Shown here: one piece after another, positions 58,732 to 64,000 of the stretch
Layout: the number at the start of each line of letters is the position of its first letter
Numbering within the stretch: the first letter of the stretch is position 1
Origin: a bacterium
Lineage (GTDB): Bacteria; UBA8248
Length of the DNA: 64,000 bases
Assembly: GCA_965204535.1 (NCBI GenBank)
Contig: CBDBEV010000001.1
Coordinates: forward strand, 1,536,001-1,600,000
Direction of reading: 5' to 3'
Notes under the pieces: model-generated
What the model was told of the DNA's origin: nothing
What the model saw: only the letters and a program-made list of their open reading frames with translations
Databases searched by the model: none
Made by a program: the position numbers and the translations under genes

Positions 58732-60195
58732 ATGCCGGCAATGACGAACCTGGAAAGAGATCTTTTCTCCCTCATCACGCTCGTCAGCAACGTCACGGAG
58801 GCTTACTCCGCCTGCTTATTCCTTGAAAACAAAAGGCGCAAGACTTTTCAGCTCACCACATACCACAGCCTGAGCCCCTACATTCTCGCGGATGCCTCGG
58901 TCGATGTGGGCCAGGGCTTCATGGGCTGGGTCCTGGAGAATAACGAGCCGTTAAGCGTCAATCAATTCGACAAAGACACCCTGGTTCTCGGCTATTACAG
59001 CAGGAACGAGGACATCAAGTCCTTCATGGCAACTCCCCTGCCTTCTTCCATCAATAAAGGGGCGCTCGCCATCGACAGCAAAAAAAGCTGGTGTTTCACG
59101 TCCAGAGACCAAAAAATACTCGCGGGGTTCGCCCAGCAATTCGCCTATCTTGCAGACGGTGCCCTGACGACCGTTCAAACGGAGCGCCGCTCCATGAACG
59201 TTCCCGCCTTCAGCAGATACCTGACTTCGCTTCGCTCAAGCGAGAACGAAGGTCAATTGTTGAATGCGATATGCCAGGTGCCGCGCGAGTTGCTTCCCTT
59301 CGATGCCTGCTTCCTCGTCCTCATCGACGAGGAAGCAGGCCTTCCCCGCCTCGTTCGAACCTCTGGTTTTGGGGAACTCTTCCTGGGCGAAGTCACAATC
59401 AGCGAACATGCAAGTCTGGCAGGCTACGTATTAAGCAAAAAAGAAAGCTTAAGACTCCCGGACCTGAGGGGGAAAAAAGGAACCAGGCCTCTCTTCCATC
59501 ATGATGAGCCCCGCCTTGAAGCGCGTTCCGCCGCATGTCTTCCTCTTGTCTCAAGAGGCGAAATTCTTGGTTGCCTGGGGTTCGCAAGCAAACGTCGAGC
59601 TCAATTTGACGCTTCTTCCGTCCAGCGCGGAGAAATCATTGCGGCGCTTGTGGCGGATGCCATCGCAAATCGGAAAAACGAGTCACGCTGGCAAGCACGA
59701 TTAGAAATCGATCCCCTTACCGGCGAGCAGAATATCGAATATCTACATTCTCGTCTTCATAAAATGATCTGCGAAGCAGAAGCAAAGGGGCGTCAACTCG
59801 CGTTGCTCAGCATCGCTCCTGACGCTTCATCAGAGTTTGATGATATGATCGAGGAAGAAGTCATTCTTCATCTCTCAAATTCGCTTAAACCATTCGCTGC
59901 CGGAAACGATATTCTGGTGCGGCATGAGGGGCCACGTTTTCTCTTGTTACTGCAAGACTCCTCTCAAGAATATGCCGAGGCTGTAGCAGAGCGAATCCTT
60001 CATGTCGTCAATCACACTCCCTTCTCCCTCGGCGGAAGAGGGTCCGAAATCACAATTTCAATAGGCGCCGCATGCTTCCCTGAAACCGCTCAAAATTCAA
60101 AAAGCCTGATCAAGTCATCTCTTGCAGCATTAGGTTTCGCTCAAAAAGAGGGCGTGGGGAATCAACTTTGTTTTATGGGGGGAGATGGATCATGA
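58732..60195 (+). CDS. Tandem GAF plus degenerate GGDEF-domain protein
   Basis: GAF motifs (GQGFMGWV, KSFMA.PL, LAIDSK); D.LTG; RHEGPRF replaces RYGGDEF; T.SIG.A.FP. Confidence 0.8.
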   Translation: MPAMTNLERDLFSLITLVSNVTEAYSACLFLENKRRKTFQLTTYHSLSPYILADASVDVGQGFMGWVLENNEPLSVNQFDKDTLVLGYYSRNEDIKSFMATPLPSSINKGALAIDSKKSWCFTSRDQKILAGFAQQFAYLADGALTTVQTERRSMNVPAFSRYLTSLRSSENEGQLLNAICQVPRELLPFDACFLVLIDEEAGLPRLVRTSGFGELFLGEVTISEHASLAGYVLSKKESLRLPDLRGKKGTRPLFHHDEPRLEARSAACLPLVSRGEILGCLGFASKRRAQFDASSVQRGEIIAALVADAIANRKNESRWQARLEIDPLTGEQNIEYLHSRLHKMICEAEAKGRQLALLSIAPDASSEFDDMIEEEVILHLSNSLKPFAAGNDILVRHEGPRFLLLLQDSSQEYAEAVAERILHVVNHTPFSLGGRGSEITISIGAACFPETAQNSKSLIKSSLAALGFAQKEGVGNQLCFMGGDGS

Positions 60196-61232
60196 AATTG
60201 CATTTTTTGAAGCGCCTTAGATCCTGGATGGGGCCCAATATCGCAATGGATTTAGGGACAGCGAACACCTTGGTTTACACAAAAAATGCCGGAATTGTTC
60301 TTGATGAACCCTCTGTTGTCGCCTTGAACTCGAAAAATGGAGGAGCCGTTCTCGCAGTAGGCAAAAAAGCCAAGGAAATGTACGGCCGTACTCCTCCAGA
60401 TTCCATTCGGACAATTCGCCCCATGAAAGATGGGGTAATCGCCGATTTTGACGTAACCAAAGCCATGATACGCCATTTTGTCAGAGCAATTGTACCCAAA
60501 CGGTCTTTCAGCCGACCTACAATGATGGTCTGCGTTCCCTCAGGGATCACCAGTGTGGAAATGAAAGCCGTGATTGATTCCGCCACTCAATGTGGGGCCG
60601 GCAAAGTCCATCTAATAGAAGAACCCATGGCGGCGGCCATTGGAAGCAAACTGCCAATTCATGAAATCGCCGGCTCTATGATTGTTGATATTGGGGGAGG
60701 AACAACCGAAATGGCCGTCATCTCCCAATACGCCGTTGCATATTCAGAATCTCTACGCATGGCGGGAGATGCGATGGACGAATGCATACAACGTCACATC
60801 AAAAGACGCCACGGCTTATCGATCGGCTCATTCGAGGCTGAACGTGTCAAGATGGAGATTGGAGCAGCAGCCCCGCTCCCAGAGCCGCTTGAAATGGAAA
60901 TTTCAGGCTCAGATGTCTCTACCGGCATACCCCGCACCATCAAGCTATCCGATGAGTCGGTGCGCGAGGCTCTCGACGGTCCAGTGAAAGCCATCGTTGA
61001 ATCCATTCGAAAAGCGCTGGCCAAAACAAGCCCTGAGCTTGCTACAGACATTTACCGCCGAGGAATCGTTTTAGCAGGTGGCGGTTCACTCCTGAAAGGA
61101 CTCGGCACCAGGCTTCATGATGAGACAGGTCTCCCCATATACAGAGTAAAAGACCCACTCACCACCGTCGTCCGTGGAACTGGACACGTTCTGGACCATT
61201 TCAAAGACTTCAAGCAAGTCTGTCTGAATTGA
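60192..61232 (+). CDS. mreB: Rod shape-determining protein MreB
   Basis: DLGTANTL, EPSVVA, RPMKDGVIADF, EEPMAAAIG, DIGGGTTE, LAGGGSLL. Confidence 0.93.
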   Translation: MKLHFLKRLRSWMGPNIAMDLGTANTLVYTKNAGIVLDEPSVVALNSKNGGAVLAVGKKAKEMYGRTPPDSIRTIRPMKDGVIADFDVTKAMIRHFVRAIVPKRSFSRPTMMVCVPSGITSVEMKAVIDSATQCGAGKVHLIEEPMAAAIGSKLPIHEIAGSMIVDIGGGTTEMAVISQYAVAYSESLRMAGDAMDECIQRHIKRRHGLSIGSFEAERVKMEIGAAAPLPEPLEMEISGSDVSTGIPRTIKLSDESVREALDGPVKAIVESIRKALAKTSPELATDIYRRGIVLAGGGSLLKGLGTRLHDETGLPIYRVKDPLTTVVRGTGHVLDHFKDFKQVCLN

Positions 61233-61255
61233 CCTTCACGAGCACCACCCCCCTA

Positions 61256-61302
61256 CCGGGAGCCCGGCCCCATGCGCAACACCGGGCTCCCGGCCCCTTC
61301 TT
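61256..61302 (+). terminator. Hairpin / likely terminator after mreB
   Basis: CCGGGAGCCCGG...CCGGGCTCCCGG with a weak T tail. Confidence 0.5.
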
Positions 61303-61406
61303 GATAGAATGACCGCACAGAGATTTCACTGTCAAAAATAATCCGGTAGAATCAGAAGGCATTTGTCCATGGTTTTTCCAAATCCTTTTTTCAATTGGAA
61401 AGTGAA

Positions 61407-61679
61407 ATGACTTTCTCACAACAAGGCGATTCATTTTCATTCAAGACATCCATAGATGACATGAAACTTGTTTACAGGATACTGCATCGCCACATCGGAG
61501 AGCATCTTGAGCTCATGGATAGTGAGTTTATGGACGAGTTACAAATCGCGCTACAAAAAAAAGCCCAAAAAGAAGGAGTGGACATCGGTCATCACGGCGC
61601 GTGGGATTTATGGCTGGGCAATGATGCGACAACCCCATGCGAGGAGCGTGTAAAAAAACGAAAAACATTCGATAGTTAA
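61407..61679 (+). CDS. Hypothetical protein
   Basis: 90-aa ORF convergent with aroE, stops overlapping. Confidence 0.55.
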   Translation: MTFSQQGDSFSFKTSIDDMKLVYRILHRHIGEHLELMDSEFMDELQIALQKKAQKEGVDIGHHGAWDLWLGNDATTPCEERVKKRKTFDS

Positions 61680-62554
61680 CCCTCGACACCGAGGCGCAAT
61701 TCTAATGCTTCGTGTAAAACTTCCATCACTGTATCCGTAGGCATATCCACTCCCGTCCACATTTTCCATGCAGCCGCTGCTTGATATACCAACCAACCCG
61801 TTCCGCGAACAATTTGAGCGCCAGCCCGTCTGGCTGCTTTCAGAAATTCCGTATCAGGAGGAATATAGACCGCATCCGAACAGATACAGCCGTTAGGTAT
61901 CGCATCCTCGGGAATCGGAGGGGTCGCCATACGTTCAGCGTTTCCCCACATCCCGAGGCTTGTCGTATTCACGATGATCTCACAACCATCAGCCGCCGAA
62001 TACAGATCGTCCAAGCCACCACCTTTCACTTTCGAAGAAGGAACGCTCTTCTCCACAAAGTGCGCCAACTCCATCGCTTTTTCATATGTCCGGTTTCTAA
62101 TTTCAAGGTGAGCCGCTCCGCACTGGGCTATTTTGACGGCAATAGCTCTCGCGGCTCCTCCCGCACCCAAAACAAGACATTTCTTTTCTCTGGGATGTTC
62201 TCCCGTTGTTTCCTCCAAAAACCGGAGCCAACCGATACCATCCGTATTATGGCCGATAAGGCGTCCGTCTTCTTCAAAAATTATCGTGTTGACAGCGCCC
62301 ATCAACCGGGCATCCTCACTCAGTTCATCCATGAATTTAACAACAGCCACCTTGTGCGGTATCGTGATTGTGAGTCCACGAAATCCCATCGCCCGGGCTC
62401 CCCGCACAGCTTCTTCCAAATAATCCGGGTGCACTTCATAGGCAAGATAGTGATAGTCCAAACCCAACTCTTCAGCCGCTTTATTATGCAGAACAGGTGA
62501 TAAAATATGGCCTGCCGGGAATCCAAATACACCCAGCGGTATCGGATTTGGCAT
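61676..62554 (-). CDS. aroE: Shikimate dehydrogenase
   Basis: G.P..H.LSP..HN, TIPHK, GAVNT, NTDG.G, LGAGGAARA, NRT, NTTSLGM; AAGGAG RBS before ATG 62554. Confidence 0.92.
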   Translation of the reverse strand: MPNPIPLGVFGFPAGHILSPVLHNKAAEELGLDYHYLAYEVHPDYLEEAVRGARAMGFRGLTITIPHKVAVVKFMDELSEDARLMGAVNTIIFEEDGRLIGHNTDGIGWLRFLEETTGEHPREKKCLVLGAGGAARAIAVKIAQCGAAHLEIRNRTYEKAMELAHFVEKSVPSSKVKGGGLDDLYSAADGCEIIVNTTSLGMWGNAERMATPPIPEDAIPNGCICSDAVYIPPDTEFLKAARRAGAQIVRGTGWLVYQAAAAWKMWTGVDMPTDTVMEVLHEALELRLGVEG

Positions 62555-62758
62555 GAATGTTCTCCTTAACATCACTCCATCGTTTAATGCCGTATTTGTG
62601 AAGAACTTGTTGCTATTACAAATATACATAGACTAGAGTTTTCAGAGCCCATTCGCAATCGAGAGAAAATCACATCTCTTCAGGGGATCGAAAACTTATA
62701 AAGTTCAACATCGCACCAAGGGCCATGCATTCAGATACACCACATATTTGAGGGCCTT

Positions 62759-64000
62759 ATGAATGAATTCAAGGTAGCTGGGAAAAATATCCCCAGATAC
62801 GATCTGCCGGATAAAGCAGTTGGCACGGCTAAATTCGCAGCAGACGTTCCTGCTGCGCAGCCCCTTGTTGGCTTAATCCTCAGAAGTCCACTCCCATATG
62901 CTCGTATCGTATCTATAAGCACGGAAGAAGCAACAAAAATACCGGGTGTACGAAGCGTATTGACGGGCAATGATTGTCCCCCACACCGTTTCGGTCTTGA
63001 GATCAAAGACATGTGCTGGCTGGCTCGCGATGGTTATGTCCGATACATCGGAGACCCTGTTGCGGCAGTTGCCGCGGAATCAATGGATGCGGCTCAGGCA
63101 GCGCTGGACTCCATCGAGGTGAACTACGAAGCCCTTGAGCCTGTGGTGGATCTTTTAGAAGCGCGCGACGGCAAGGGTCCACTCGTCCATGTAGATTGGG
63201 AAAAAGCAGGCCTCGGGCCCAATGGAGAAGGGAACGTAATCGGTCGATATGAAATGGCCATAGGCGATGTAGGCGCCGCTATGGAAAAGGCAGATCACAT
63301 ATTCGAGCACACATTCCAAACCCCATACGCGCACTCTGGATATATCGAGCCTCATGCTTGCATGGCGGAGTCGGGAGCCGACGGAAAAATCACCATCTGG
63401 ACAGCGACGCAAGCACCCTTCGTCATCCGCGACCAAGTCGCTGCGGCTTTGGGGATTCCGCTGACGAAAGTGAAAATCATTCCCACAGAAATCGGCGGTG
63501 GATTCGGAGGTAAGATCCATTCGTTTGTCGAACACATCATCGCCTTGCTGGCTCTCAAAAGCGGGCGCGTCGTGCGCCATGAAATGACTCGGGAAGACGA
63601 TCATAACGGCGTCAGTCCCAGGCAAGGGTTACGAATACATTTAAAAACCGGAGTAACCTCTGACGGCAAAATTCTAGCCCGCGAATCAGATGTCATCGTC
63701 GACCATGGCGCATATGGCCCCGGCGCGCCGACACAGGCGAGTTCCCGCATGCCGATGTTCACCAGTTGCTACAACATCCCTGATTGTTCGGTGACAATGG
63801 CGAGCGTCTACACCAACGGGCCCATCTGTGGATCGGTTAGGGGGCCATGTGGACCCCAGTGCTTCTTCGCAACAGAGGTGCATCTTGACATCATCGCGTA
63901 CGAACTGGGCATCGACCCCCTTGAAATCAGGCGAAAAAATGCCATTCGAAAAGGCGACACCGGATTATTCGGCACGCAAAAAGACGACGGCATGCTCAAA
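62759..64000 (+). CDS. Xanthine dehydrogenase/CoxL-family molybdopterin-binding subunit (3' truncated by window)
   Basis: Not in the ORF track; translates MNEFKVAGKNIPRYD...GTAKFAAD, LRSP.PYARI, VRYIGDPVAAV, YIEPH, IGGGFGGK. Confidence 0.88.
   Translation, partial: MNEFKVAGKNIPRYDLPDKAVGTAKFAADVPAAQPLVGLILRSPLPYARIVSISTEEATKIPGVRSVLTGNDCPPHRFGLEIKDMCWLARDGYVRYIGDPVAAVAAESMDAAQAALDSIEVNYEALEPVVDLLEARDGKGPLVHVDWEKAGLGPNGEGNVIGRYEMAIGDVGAAMEKADHIFEHTFQTPYAHSGYIEPHACMAESGADGKITIWTATQAPFVIRDQVAAALGIPLTKVKIIPTEIGGGFGGKIHSFVEHIIALLALKSGRVVRHEMTREDDHNGVSPRQGLRIHLKTGVTSDGKILARESDVIVDHGAYGPGAPTQASSRMPMFTSCYNIPDCSVTMASVYTNGPICGSVRGPCGPQCFFATEVHLDIIAYELGIDPLEIRRKNAIRKGDTGLFGTQKDDGMLK

Overview
Most of the window (about 1-58 kb) is the decayed right part of a large conjugative-type genomic island; housekeeping genes follow (GAF/degenerate-GGDEF protein, mreB, aroE, a xanthine-dehydrogenase-type Mo subunit). 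The island has four parts. (i) 1-8.6 kb: a plasmid/ICE leading region (strawberry-notch helicase end, TOPRIM primase, ssb, DUF4326, DUF2493) with an Frpo-like fold-back, an IS1182, a candidate oriT and an RHH gene. (ii) 8.9-33.3 kb: a defence island (2073-aa helical/PIN-like protein, TIR-NTPase, HipBA-type TA, type I R-M with a PrrC-like nuclease, DUF6602 nuclease, Dsr1-like sirtuin) with relaxase, IS21 and hsdM scraps. (iii) 33.7-47 kb: a GC-rich surface-protein cluster of an autotransporter and five TbpB-like barrel proteins, with a 21x7-bp repeat tract. (iv) 47-58 kb: two Cre-like tyrosine recombinases plus cargo and an ORF-less group II intron. The most striking signal is upstream of each recombinase. 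A ~190-200-bp segment carries a TTGACA promoter and is bounded by a perfect 21-bp inverted pair of loxP/dif-like sites. The two pairs differ from each other at three positions (one in the spacer), yet each stays perfectly self-complementary. This suggests two independent invertible promoter switches for the leftward operons. All family calls come from motif recognition by eye; no database searches were run.
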